A stretch of 63,636 bases of DNA, the filler included, from Phoronis australis (taxonomy: Eukaryota; Animalia; Phoronida), in assembly GCA_002633005.1 (NCBI GenBank). It is 10 parts of 10 records of this genome, joined end to end, with 100 filler letters (N's around TTAATTAATTAA, not from the genome) between each part and the next. Parts side by side here need not be neighbours in the genome. Positions count along the whole stretch, not along the records: positions 4,215 to 28,598 come from NMRA01000402.1; 9 more parts are not named here. The stretch is one strand, 5' to 3'. Within the stretch, counting starts at the first letter, position 1, and every line of letters starts with the position of its first letter. A program made the translations under genes and the position numbers. Under the pieces are notes generated by a model, which made no database searches, was not told the origin of the DNA, and saw only the letters and a list, made by a program, of their open reading frames with translations. Positions 11,738 through 24,000 of this stretch are shown piece by piece.

Positions 11738-13387
11738 ATGTCGTTGGAACACAAGTTCGAGTGGGAGAAGCCAGAACACAGGTTACGGGACGTTGACAGA
11801 TTGGGGCTCCCTCAAGCGGTCAAAGTCACGCATGGTCAGTTCCAGAAAATTGGTGTTACCAAGTCGAAACATCCGGAGAATATTTACCAGGAACTACTGC
11901 TTCACTCCATTAGGAACAACAAGAAGGTGATCGCGCATGCCTTAAAGACTTCCCAAGTGGGAAAGTTGGACGCCAGCGTGGATCTAAAGTTATCAATACC
12001 GCTGACGTACACTGGCTGGTTTGAGGTGATGTCAGAAGATGGACGCTCCGCACGCCCTCTTCTTAGTGTTCACGAACTGGCGAGACACGAACATGAGACT
12101 TGCCTCGTTCGTGAAACAGCTAAAGCTTATTTGGCCGGCGAAGATAACCAAATCTACTTGAACCATGAAAAGACTATTGTTGCAGGAGAGCGCTTGAAGA
12201 TTATGGAGAATAAGACCATTAAACTCCCAGGTAGACAAAAAAAGTTCAGGTTACTGCATTGCTTGAATAGCAAAAAAGAGCACGTTTATTTGCCACACGA
12301 CGCTAAGTGTTGTTTCAGCATCATAACCACGTCTGATAGTACTTCCGGTGTGCACACAATAGAAAATGTAACGAAACATTTTAGATTTCCGGTATCCGTT
12401 CGAATTGTCCATGGATCTTCCCCGAGAGCGCTCAAAAACTCGAAATATTCCGGAATTCTGAGACTAATGTCATCTGAATCGGACAACACGGCATTCTTCA
12501 TGCCCCTTTTACCGTGTGAACAAAAAGAGAAAATGATACCGCTTTCATCCGAAGTTCCCCTAAAGCTTTGTTATGCAAAAGACCGACAAGATTACCTGTC
12601 CAGAAGCGACGTAAAAGAACTGCTCAGTCGATGTAGTGAAATGGTGCTAAGTTATATGACGAGTATCCACGTTCTGGTCAACACACCATTTCCTGGTCAT
12701 TACAAGTCGCTTCGTGAGCCATTGCCTCCGGATGTGCCGGAGCGCGTCGACAATGCAAAGAAGCGAGTGGTAGACGTTTTATTTCAAGAGGTTGATGACC
12801 TTTACGGATACGTGCGAGATGGTGGAACACCCCCAGAAAGTCGACTGGGCCAAATCACTGGCATTCACTCTAATGACTGGGAAGAACCCATATACGAATT
12901 CATTGATAAATATCAAGTGCAAACTCCTGAATCCGCCGCGCCAACAGACCCCACTGCTTCTGTTGCACAAAATAAAACAGACATCTTGGTCTCTAACGTC
13001 GACCAACAAAACAACCTAGCCAGTCCTAAAGCATTTTCTTCTGGCGAGAAGACAGACGTCCACAACTCGCCAACTACATTTTTGAGAACACCTGGCGCGC
13101 CTCAGACTTCGCCGCGAAGGTTCTCGGCAGATGCTTCCGCGTCACCGACAACTACGCTATTGAAGGAAGCCAACGGTCGTGGGGTTAGAAACAAAATTTA
13201 CGACAGCAATAAACTTCTCGTAACCTATGCTAGAGCGAAATCTTTTGATAGTGGTTCAAAGAGTAGTGGTGAGAAGTGTTCAAAAGATTCTAAGGACAAC
13301 AAATCGAAGGATTCTAAGGGTTCTCCAACCGGTGACGACCACAGAGTAGTCACGAAGAGGAAGTCACTGAAATCGATGTATTTGTGA
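11738..13387 (+). CDS. CABIT-domain adaptor protein (THEMIS/GAREM/serrano-like), single coding exon of about 549 aa
   Basis: Long ORF. An acceptor ttttgtttcag ends at 11731, just before ATG 11738. CABIT hallmarks: LPQAVKV, LLLHS, LSIPLTYTGWFE, SVHEL, AGERL, LHCLN...VYLP...CCF and FRFPVSVRIV. The C-terminal tail is low-complexity with PLPPDVP, LYGYV and EEPIYEFI. AATAAA signals occur near 13853-13870. Confidence 0.75.
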   Translation: MSLEHKFEWEKPEHRLRDVDRLGLPQAVKVTHGQFQKIGVTKSKHPENIYQELLLHSIRNNKKVIAHALKTSQVGKLDASVDLKLSIPLTYTGWFEVMSEDGRSARPLLSVHELARHEHETCLVRETAKAYLAGEDNQIYLNHEKTIVAGERLKIMENKTIKLPGRQKKFRLLHCLNSKKEHVYLPHDAKCCFSIITTSDSTSGVHTIENVTKHFRFPVSVRIVHGSSPRALKNSKYSGILRLMSSESDNTAFFMPLLPCEQKEKMIPLSSEVPLKLCYAKDRQDYLSRSDVKELLSRCSEMVLSYMTSIHVLVNTPFPGHYKSLREPLPPDVPERVDNAKKRVVDVLFQEVDDLYGYVRDGGTPPESRLGQITGIHSNDWEEPIYEFIDKYQVQTPESAAPTDPTASVAQNKTDILVSNVDQQNNLASPKAFSSGEKTDVHNSPTTFLRTPGAPQTSPRRFSADASASPTTTLLKEANGRGVRNKIYDSNKLLVTYARAKSFDSGSKSSGEKCSKDSKDNKSKDSKGSPTGDDHRVVTKRKSLKSMYL

Positions 13388-16300
13388 CGAACTGCCTTAA
13401 CATGATACTTCAATATTGTGTGATAGAATCTTGGGAACAAATTATCCACTGATGCATTAAGTATAAGCACACTTTAGTTGTATAAGAAGTTATTTAAATT
13501 ATAATGTAACCTGTATTTGGCACATCGTCAAAATATTTGGAGGAAGGGTAACACACGGCTGACTGTAGGCTTATTGATACGCAACTGCAATACACATTAT
13601 TTAAAGAGTATATTAACTTTATACAGAGAAAAAGAGAGATGAGTTTATGCTTTTTTGTTTGTTATTCACAAAATTCATGTAATTGTGCATTTTCAGTCAC
13701 AAATATTATATATCGCTTTGTTTGCCTGTTGCCTTAATTAAATTTCAAAAGAGAATTATACTGTAGCTCAGTCGTCTTTCAGAAGCAGATCATTTGCATC
13801 AAAAACAAGACTTCTGTCAAACACTTCAGCAGGGTTAAAGATGCTATGTCTCAATAAAACCGCGAATAAATTATTCAAATTTGCGCAACCTAGTGACGTG
13901 CTGGAGAACTGCGTGTACAATTATAATCAGGAAAAGAAACAATTTGTAAATAAATTGCGTTTTAAAGAAAACACCACAACTGATACACTTAAAAGCAAGT
14001 GTTAACATATAAAAACCCTAAGAATTCCAAATAGTGCGCAATTAATATTATTTTATAGTGAAATAAACAAATAATACATTTTGTGCCTTGTTTCAATGGG
14101 TAACTATGAAATTCGTCTATGGTGAAATTACATACAAACAAAGACGTTAATGATCTCTGATACCAACATAAAAACAGTCTCGCAAAAGGAGACTTTCGCG
14201 AGATTGTAATGGTAACTGGTTCTCGGAAGGTTTTCGGCACACTGGAAGACCCGGGGTTTTTGTAAACTAGTACTTCATTTTCAAATTCTCAATTTAATGA
14301 GACTTGGCATTTTTAAGTGTGATTTTCACGCTTCTGTACGAGTTTTCAATCTCTAGTTCGAGTTTAAAAACGCGAATCAAAAATCAAATGAGGTTTTGTT
14401 ACATACGGGACCAACATTTCTCAAAACTCGATCGTTACAAATGTAAAAGCCGCGCGTGTTGATTATGTTTTTTGTACTTTGGTGTAATTCACTACAAATA
14501 TGACCCATGCATCTGAACAGCACAGATTTTCTTTGTTTTCGCCACATTAGAAGCAAAGACTTGTACATCAATGGTCTATTCGACGAATTCTCCTCGTGAT
14601 GTCGCTGCTGTAGTGGTGGTGATTGAATTGCACATGCGTCACTATCTGCATGTCACAGGCCTCACTAAAAATAATAGTAACACTTCGTAAATTGCAGACC
14701 AGCGTGTACAATGCGTTTTAAGGACCATTGATATAAAGTGATGCATAATATTCAACTGTGACTGCTATTTTTAAGGTGAAAGCCACCGGAAATTTAACCT
14801 GGTGCTTCGAAATTACATTTCTAATTCTGGTTACCAGATGAGAACTGACCCTAGGCCCACCTTTAGGAACAGTTTAACTGAGTCACCGGCATTTGACAGC
14901 GGTCAGATTTCTTTCATGATTTGCTTGCTGAAAAGAAATGGAAGTCAGACTAATCTATGGCTCCAAGCATACTCAATGAATAACATTGCATAAGGACGCA
15001 ATTAAGGAATTGTTTTTACAATGTTTATTTTGCGTCACGGTAAGCTCTGAAAATAGGTTGAAAAAATCAAATGTTTCATAAAACAAAATTGAAATGAGGA
15101 ACTGAGATTTAATTTTGAACATATACAGTGTTTATCAAAATAAATTTGCACGTGTTAGTGATACCGCATTGCTTTGCGAGTTTCTCTTTCTGCGTAAATT
15201 TACTAAAAAATGTACCTATGGCCTCATGTACAAAATCAACTTATACGGACAGTTTTTTTATGAAATGTATACTTTTGCACTTTTTATTAACTTGGTAGAA
15301 ATCCTACTAAAAACTGCAGAAAACTTGCGGAGCGGAAATTTAAGTTCCGGTATAGTAATTGCGATCCGACGGACGGGAAAAGGAGGATCAGATTTTCATT
15401 GAACGGCATCTCCGAACTGATCTCCGGCGGGCGATCCTGGCGCTATTTCATAGCACTATCAATGTCGAACTTCTTAAAAGTTAAGCCAGATTAGAAAACT
15501 GGCAGGGCATTCGACGGTGATTTTGGAGGTCAGTGAACCAAAGTAACACCTGGAAGTCCTTGATTCAAATGAATTAAGTGACGGACAATGCCACAATATC
15601 CTGTGACCAGCTGTGCTATATGAATGCACTGTACACACTAGTAAATAGACAAGTGGTCACACAATGGTGATCAGATCTTCACCTTTCCGTCTTCACACAA
15701 TTAAGACACTTGATTGGGTTAGCTATGGCTACACATGCATTTTCATCCCTGGATTGCCAGTTAGTATAAGTGTGGCTTCACTAAAAAACCTGAGACGATA
15801 AGCACCTTGATACCGCGACCGTTTATTGAACTCATACATGTGTACACGGCGGCATATTTCTTGAATACACCCTCAGACCGGCGGTCAACTAAATTACTTC
15901 TCGGACGCTCAGTGTTCCAAAAACACTACGCTTCCCGAGCTGGAAATGTATACCTTAGTTGTCAGGCTGGAATTCGGTTACAACCGCAACCACACAATGC
16001 CTTAAGCCTATGGAAGAAAGCACTTAAAATGAGATACATTCCTCGCGAAATTCGGTGCACTAGCAAGAGAACAGCGTGCGAAGGAACGAACTTGAACTAA
16101 GAGCTGGCCAACCGTACGCCCAATATGCCAATGCCGGGTCAGAATAATCGCAGAGGATCCATAAATTCGTTTTTTTATCAAATTACTCTAGGATCCAATA
16201 TTGGGACCTAGAATTATTGTGTACCGATATCATTCATCAGAAATGTTTAGGTCACAAATAGGGAGAGGCGGTCTTGATAGGCGTGTGTTAGGTGATTGCA

Positions 16301-18013
16301 GTAACGGTAAAAAAGTCAAGAGTACTTTGCAAAAAGGTTTCGAGATTTGTTGTGAATCTTAAAAGAGGACCGTCCTTGCTGTTCTGTGAGGAAATTACCA
16401 ATCTTCACCAAAAGATTCAGTATTGGTAATGGAAAGTGAGCGGTAATTTTAAATGTGCTGAAGATGCAATTTTCAAGCCAAATAAAAACGCGTTTTGGCA
16501 AAGGAACAGTTTTTACTTAGAACTTTTGCCACTTAAGAGCTCATCTCCGCCTGTTCCTTACTTACAAGAAGAGTACATGTGTTTGGGCTTGGAAGTATTT
16601 GGCAGCATGAACTAGTCTTAGTTTGAAATCACACTGCCTTGGTGGGCTCATAAAACAATCCACTCTGACAAGCGAACTCCTCGAGTCCGATCCACCAATA
16701 ACAGCTGTCACTTCTCTCCCAGACCCCAAACCAAATTTAATTTGATTGCGAAACCAGACTGGTCTAGTAAAGACAGTTTTCATTTTAAAAGTGGTCTAAA
16801 ACAAGTCTCTTTTTTGATAAAAGGCGGCTTCGTAACAGGTTTAACTAGGAAACAGGAAGTCTTGAATAAATTGAAGACACAGAAAATTTCTGTAACAAAT
16901 ATCCTGTTGTAAATAATCAGGCACCGTTTTATTGATAATATTGTCTCAGCTCTTTCGTTTAACTGGTACATGCTAAAAATCATAATTCACACAAGAACTC
17001 AACCAACAGCATTGGTTATGATTAAGAGAAACAGATAAGGCTCTTTTGGCACAAAATAAAATGCAAAATAACATCAGGGTAAGTTGACAATCCTTGTTTA
17101 AGTTAGCCATAAACTAACATTCTCAACATTGTCACATGGGAGCAAAGTTCATTTTGCTTGCATATAGTGCTCAAATGGGTGTAAAGTTATCTGATATTGA
17201 AACAGGTCTAGATAGACGACACTTTCACACTGGCAGATCTACGTTTTCAGTAAGGGGGGGTTAGGATTCACGCGAATCTGAGGTGCGTAGCGCCGAGCGG
17301 GGCAAGATTGAGAGAAGGTTCCCCCCTCCTGTGTAATATTTTTGTTTGTTTTTAAAGCCGATTTTGTTTCCCTGGCGACGTTTCTTTTCTTAATTTTCAA
17401 ATTTGACCATGTCACAGGGGAGGGTTTAACCCCCCCGCCTCTGTTTCAGAATATCTTTGACATGTTCTTGGTTACAATAACTGAGACATCAGTTGGATGT
17501 ACATGTATGTGGGCATCCAAATAGGACGCGTCTGACATGGAACTCTTTTGTGCCACAAAAGCATGAATGTGACAGAAGCTTAACCAAATCTCGCTCAACA
17601 AGACAGGCCAAGATGACAAAGAAATAAATGAGAATTCTTTAATTTTCCAGGTGCAAGGCTTTTTGTGTCAATCACTTGAAAACACCCTACAGCACACAGT
17701 GGCAACAAAATTGCATGAATTTATCTCTGAGCGTTGTTAAATCCCCAGCCACAGCCTTAAATCTCAATGAAAATCACAGAAGTCATCAGTAGGTGGCACT
17801 GAATGTTGGTACTCTATTGGCATCTAGCAATCAAGCGTATGTCCTTATGCCACTCCGTCATCAAAAAATGGCCATTGAACCAAGTAGTGAGGGCAATGCT
17901 CACTGGCTAGGCAGCTGGTATCACCAACTAGAGTTAATTGTTTGCTATCAGCACAGAGCACAAGGTGGCATTTAGGTTGAATTCCAAGTCTTCCCAGCTT
18001 CCACCACACAATA

Positions 18014-21000
18014 TTATGCATTGTGCAAAATCCTATTGAACCCATTGTAGGAAGTCTCAAGGTCAAAGAGTAACTGCCTCACTTGTGTGTCCTCCAACTC
18101 ATCAGAAGCCTGCATTTTGTCCAATGTATCTAACCTGTAGAAACAGATTCGCATATTATTGAAGTTACAGTCTGTAAAAGTGGTTTTAAAAAACTGGACA
18201 ACGGCAAACCTTGATAAACTTACATGCATGACGATAGAAAATGCAAATACATAACAAGTTCATTAGTCAGAAAACATTTTGTTTTGACTAATAGTAACTC
18301 TTCACTTAATACTTCATTTCACTTACCCAAAACTATTTGGAATACCTAATTTACACATGGTCAGTTTTGCAGGCTAAGCCCTATAGTTAATAATTGTAAT
18401 AGCCATCTTTTTAACTGTTTTAAAAGTCTGTGGACTGTATCTTCACCACATTCATTCACATGGAATACCTCATGCTGTTGCAAACGTGAGGACAAAGGGG
18501 TGACCTAAATGAATGTCCTGTGATCTGGAGGCATTTGCTCAACAGAGCATTTCAACAATAATGGGTAAAGTACTTTCATACTTGACAAAGATAACTATTG
18601 TTAACTGAAGCGTGTTGGCAACCCATATGCCACATTTCATTTGATTCACACATGGGCACTTGGCTATTTATACTTAATTTTGCACATCTGTCAACTGCAA
18701 AGTGTATAAATTATGTTCCATTTGTTTCCCGCACCTCAACTATCAGAAAAATAGATTTAGCCTATTTTGTGTGACATTAATAAAGAATTACTAACTGGTA
18801 AAACATTGACTGAAACACAGAGTGTTGTATGACAGACTCAGATGAATAATTATACAACAAAAAGTGGCTCAATGGCTCTCAACACTGCCCTGCAGTTGCA
18901 CTTGACATTTAGTCACAAGTTTCATTCTGGGCTTAGCTATCCAGCCATCTACAGGGGGTAATGAAACAACACCCAGGATCATAAACCTTTTTGTTAAGCT
19001 GTGCTTAGTTGCATAGGCCAACAGCAACATTTGTATGACTAAGAGCAAGGTTCACAAACAACTGCTTTCACTGACCTTGCATATCAATTTCAAAAATGCT
19101 ATTGCATGTGAATGACAACCATGAACTAAAGCATCTGAAAAATTTTAAGCCACTATGGGCACTAGTTAACCCTCCAAGCCCAAAATGTGGAAGGATTGTT
19201 CACGAATGAACAGAGGTTAGGACATGTTCTGTGGAAATGAAAAAGTGAAGACTCAAATAAACCAACCCCTCACATCAATGCATAACAGACACTTTTTCTA
19301 ATCTCAAGAGCAAGTATAACAAAAAGACTGAGAGCACATAAACAGAAAAACACACGTTAGTTAGCTTTAATTTGGTCCACTTCCGGCTTTAAGACTCGGC
19401 CTCCTGAATTAATTCCTTATTCATACAAGAGGTGACTTTTTGGTCTTGTAATTCCTTATTGCTAAAGACTATGCTTGTGCACGCAGTGACAGTCAAATTG
19501 TTAGAGTATGATCTCAAGTAGCAACGGGTTAAATGAGAGAATCTCACCACTGGTGTATTTTTTGCTTCCCTTCAAAGTCTGCTGGAATAACACTCAATCT
19601 ATTCATGACGTCCAGCAGCTCTCTCAGATCTGGATGGATCTGGAAGTATTAGAACGTAGTCAGTTAATGAACACCACAACTGTACATGTACGGAGTTTAA
19701 GCAATTGTTGTGAAGAACGACAACACTGCAAAGATGTATCGCCACAAGACAAAGGTTTGACTCAGATTGAATACTATATGGTCTCTCATGGTATAAGAAC
19801 TGTGTAAAAATCTTAGATGAGAAACAAAAGGTCTTTCACGATTCAACTCTAAAGCAAGCAGGCGATATTCTTGTGCAGGACATTCAATCATCAGTCGGCC
19901 ATACTTGACGAGATCCACAACCGATGATGTCCACTTTGTTTGCTTTCATATATAATGGAACAACTGACTTACCTCATCTGTCGCTTTTATTTCCAATCGT
20001 AATTTGTCCATGATGGTGATAAATAACTGAAATAAAGAAAAAACATAACACAGAGCTAAACTACTGAAGAATGAACAGCGTCTGTGTCAGAGACGTTTTA
20101 AGCTTTTGAACTCCAAACTGCAACTAGTGGGTAGTTTGTGAAACTTCTCCAAAGAAGAGATAGTCGAGATTATCTATGTGTGGGAGGTTCTAATCAATTT
20201 CAATTAGGAGCTAAACAAATTATGCAACAGGTGCAGCCATGTGGCGTGCACATGTTTAACTGGAATTTACAAGTCAGACAACCTGCGCTACTTTTATGTG
20301 ACTGAGATTAGCAAGAATAGATTGAGGCAAAGATGCTAGAGATCCCTTTTTTTCTAAAATTTTGATTTGTTACGGGCTCGACAAAAAAGTAAAACAACAT
20401 GTTGAGCATGTTGAATACTGTTTCAGAGGCAGAAAACCACTTTGAATAATGCAATTTTGTCTGTTTTCGCGTCGCAAGCCACTTAAATTAGCTGATTTCA
20501 AGGTACAAGTATTTATTGTTTGAAACACGCTACGTAAAATCAGGACAACTAATCACAACACTGGTCATCCTGTATTGTGTTTAGTGTAAAAAGTCGTCAG
20601 ATATTGCTACTCATGTTCCCGTCATTCATGGTATAACAAGGAAGATCGAAGCGTTGCGTTTGTGGTGGTTGTGACATCTTAGTATTTGACCACGCTGTGG
20701 CTCTGTTCACTTTTCCATGGAACATTGGAAAAGCTGCGGACACGGCAAAAGTTTGAACAAGAAACTTGTCTGTTGGCCGACATGGCACACTGGCGCTAGG
20801 TATCTTCATACAAACACTCAATTTTTTCCTTAACTTAGATAGGAAGCGACTTCTTGGCTTCGGAAAACTGACCGAGTGATCTGACTGGTCAAATGTCCTA
20901 ATTATCTGCCAGGACAGAAATTACTAGTAATCTGAAAGAAATAAGTAAGTTACGGACAAATTTACAACAGTTCAGTAAAAGGCCTAAGACAAGAGTAAGG

Positions 21001-24000
21001 TGACTTTTTAGCAGCTTTATAGATATTTAATTCCTTAAATTGAGCAACAGTGATAGACAAAACAGAAAATCTCACTTTGAGACAATATATCTGCCACATA
21101 TCACTGCAACTGCCCAGTACCTACTATGTGAATTTAATCAATTACAGTTAATTTAGTCCAGCCAATATGGCACTGTCAATCACTAGGACATAATATTTAA
21201 CTTACAGACACTATATCAGCAATACATTTACTGGTATTCCCTTTGTCGTCCTTTATAGTGATGGGCCTGCCCTCTCGTATCCTCTCCATGGCTGCTGGGC
21301 AGTCAAGCTAGAAAGAAACATTGCAGGTGTGGAAAATGTAAAGTTGTGACAGAACATAGAGGAAAAGTGGAACTTTACTCCCTCAAATCTTTCAAAAAAT
21401 CAAGACAGTGTAAAACTGATTACTTCATTCTAATATAATGACAATTTGTAGTGACATGGAAGGTCTTTGACAAATGGAGAAACAAAAGTCCAATTACTAA
21501 TCAGCTAATGCTAAAGTGACAAATTTAATTCTGGGATAAACAAGTGGCGGAAAATCTTCCCAGTGAAGTCTATGCAGTCCATGCAAGTATAGGAATGCTA
21601 CAGCACACATCACGAATTATTGTCCGCCCGGTCGGAAATTGGTCGATGACTGACCGTCGACCGGTCGGCAAATTAGCCGACCGGTCAGCTAAAAATTAGC
21701 CGACCGGCAGCCGCCCGCAATGCCGACTCATAAGACGACTCCCCAGCAGACCGTTCAGCCGACCCTTTTGCCAACCAGCCATCAGCCGACCGGAGTTGCC
21801 ACTGGTAAACGAACAGCGAACAGTTAAATGTTTGTTTGTCCAAAGTTCACCCGCAAAGTCATAAAATCATGGTAATTGCCGACCAAGGACACGCTTAATC
21901 CGAATTGGTCGTCTACGCTAGGCGACCACTTAGCCGACCCAAGTGCCGACCACAGAGGCGACTCAACAGACGGCTCCTAGCCGACCGTTGTTGGTCGGCT
22001 AGACGACCGGTCGACGGCTAGTCGTCGACCAATTTCTGACCGGTCGGACAAAAATTCGTGATGTGTGCTGTAAGTTTAAACTCAACCAGGAACTCAATTG
22101 AGGAACTTTTAAAAGATGAAATTTTCAGTCAAAAGATGAAATAAAACAGTGTGGCTTGAAGTAACCTATTTCTGAACTTGCATCATAAGTACATAGGTCA
22201 AGCACAACATAGGAAAGATGTATTGTCAATTTTCATGAAAATAAACCTATGATGACACCCTCACAGGTAGGGTTTGGGAAATTTGACAGGTTCGTTAACC
22301 ATGAAATCCGCCGCTATTTACAAAGAAACCATCCACGTTCAGCTGACATTATCGTTCGCTGGGAATTGACTTGGGTAATCAGGCAGGAAATTGCCACTGT
22401 AAACATAGTCGTAAAGACAGGGGGCGACAACAGTATATATGAAAATTTGTTTTTGAAATTTTTAAATTGCATTAACTATTTCAGTAGTTCTTGAAAAGTG
22501 CACATGGTCAGGTTTTTAAAAATTTTGAAAATAGAAACAAGAAATTTGACTCTTATAACCTAAAACTAGAAAGTGCAGTACAGTCACCGAATTATAAGAC
22601 TTCACTCAATCTACCTCTAGTCAGGCTAGGCGTGACCATAACCGGAGACAAACTGGACAGTCAGGCGACTGTGACAACTGGCGTGAGCACAACCGTGACT
22701 TAAACCATAACTTACTGCGAGTCAGGCGTGAATGACCCATGAGCAAGCCACGAGCCAGCTGTGAGTTTCCCCCTTTGCTACAGTCGGGACTATCACATCT
22801 AAATGTGCAACTAGCGGCATTAACAGTGATCACTTCAGGATTGTAAGCACAGGAAGTGGAAATGAATTCCACGACCTTGCCCCTAAATTCCAACAGCAAT
22901 CGTCTAAACACCCATTCCTAACCAGAAAACACCAAATCCTCAAACCCATTCTCCACACATGACCTGAAAATGCTTCATACCCCGCAGCCAAACAACAGGC
23001 CCAGGCACAAGTGCCGCTGACAAATCTAAAGCCCCAGAATGGGGTTTGATATATTTGACAGGAATCTGGTCACAGTGAATGGAGCATTTCCGACAGATGT
23101 GGAGTTCAGGAGAGCCGGTCTAGGGATTTACACAGCAAGCTGGAATCTGCTGGTCTGAGATTGAGGTCTGGAGGACTGGTGTGGAATCGCTTCCATTCAC
23201 TGAGGCTGCTCACCTTAAATTTCCTCATGAAATCTTCAACTGAGGTGAACTCATCTCCTTCCACTTGCTTGAATGCAGCCTTGTATTGAACTAACAAGCG
23301 GGAACAGGCAGCTGTATATCTGTTGATAAACAGAACAAAACCCATGGCTTAGCACTTGATATACAAGATCACAAGGGCTACCACTTCAAACAAAAGGAAC
23401 ACAAATTCTAAGACATTGGATCGGTCAAAGTAAGGGACTTGGGGCCCTTAACGAAGGGTCAGGGACTGTAATCGAGCCCATACCACTACCGCCTGCCTTA
23501 TTGCAACAGGAAGGGTACAGAACAGACTTTACACAAACACCTACGATAAAAATGGATTAATTATCAGGCATATAGGTCCCTCCCAATAGACCCCAGACTA
23601 AAACTAAATAACAAAGGAGCTTCTGCATAGAGGTTCTGTAATTTGCCAAGCATGGTACGGTAATTGTTTTATGGAAAGTGGTAGTGTTTACCCTTCTGTG
23701 TTGAATTGTGCTGACTTGTTGCTTCCGACCAGAAAATAATTGCCAACAGTGATCTATTTCCAAGAAAAATGATGCCTAATAACCAAAAGTTAACTTGATC
23801 CTGCTCACTAGAATATTAAGTTAACGCTTAATGGAATAACATTCATGAAATACTCTCATTTGACACAAAACTCTGCTTACTCTTTTGACGTAACACAGTC
23901 CTTGATGTATGCTTTCTCCAGACACTGCAAAGTGTTGATAACTGCAAACAAGTCTGCCATGTTGTCATACCTAGAAACATGATATCGAGAGTTATAACAA

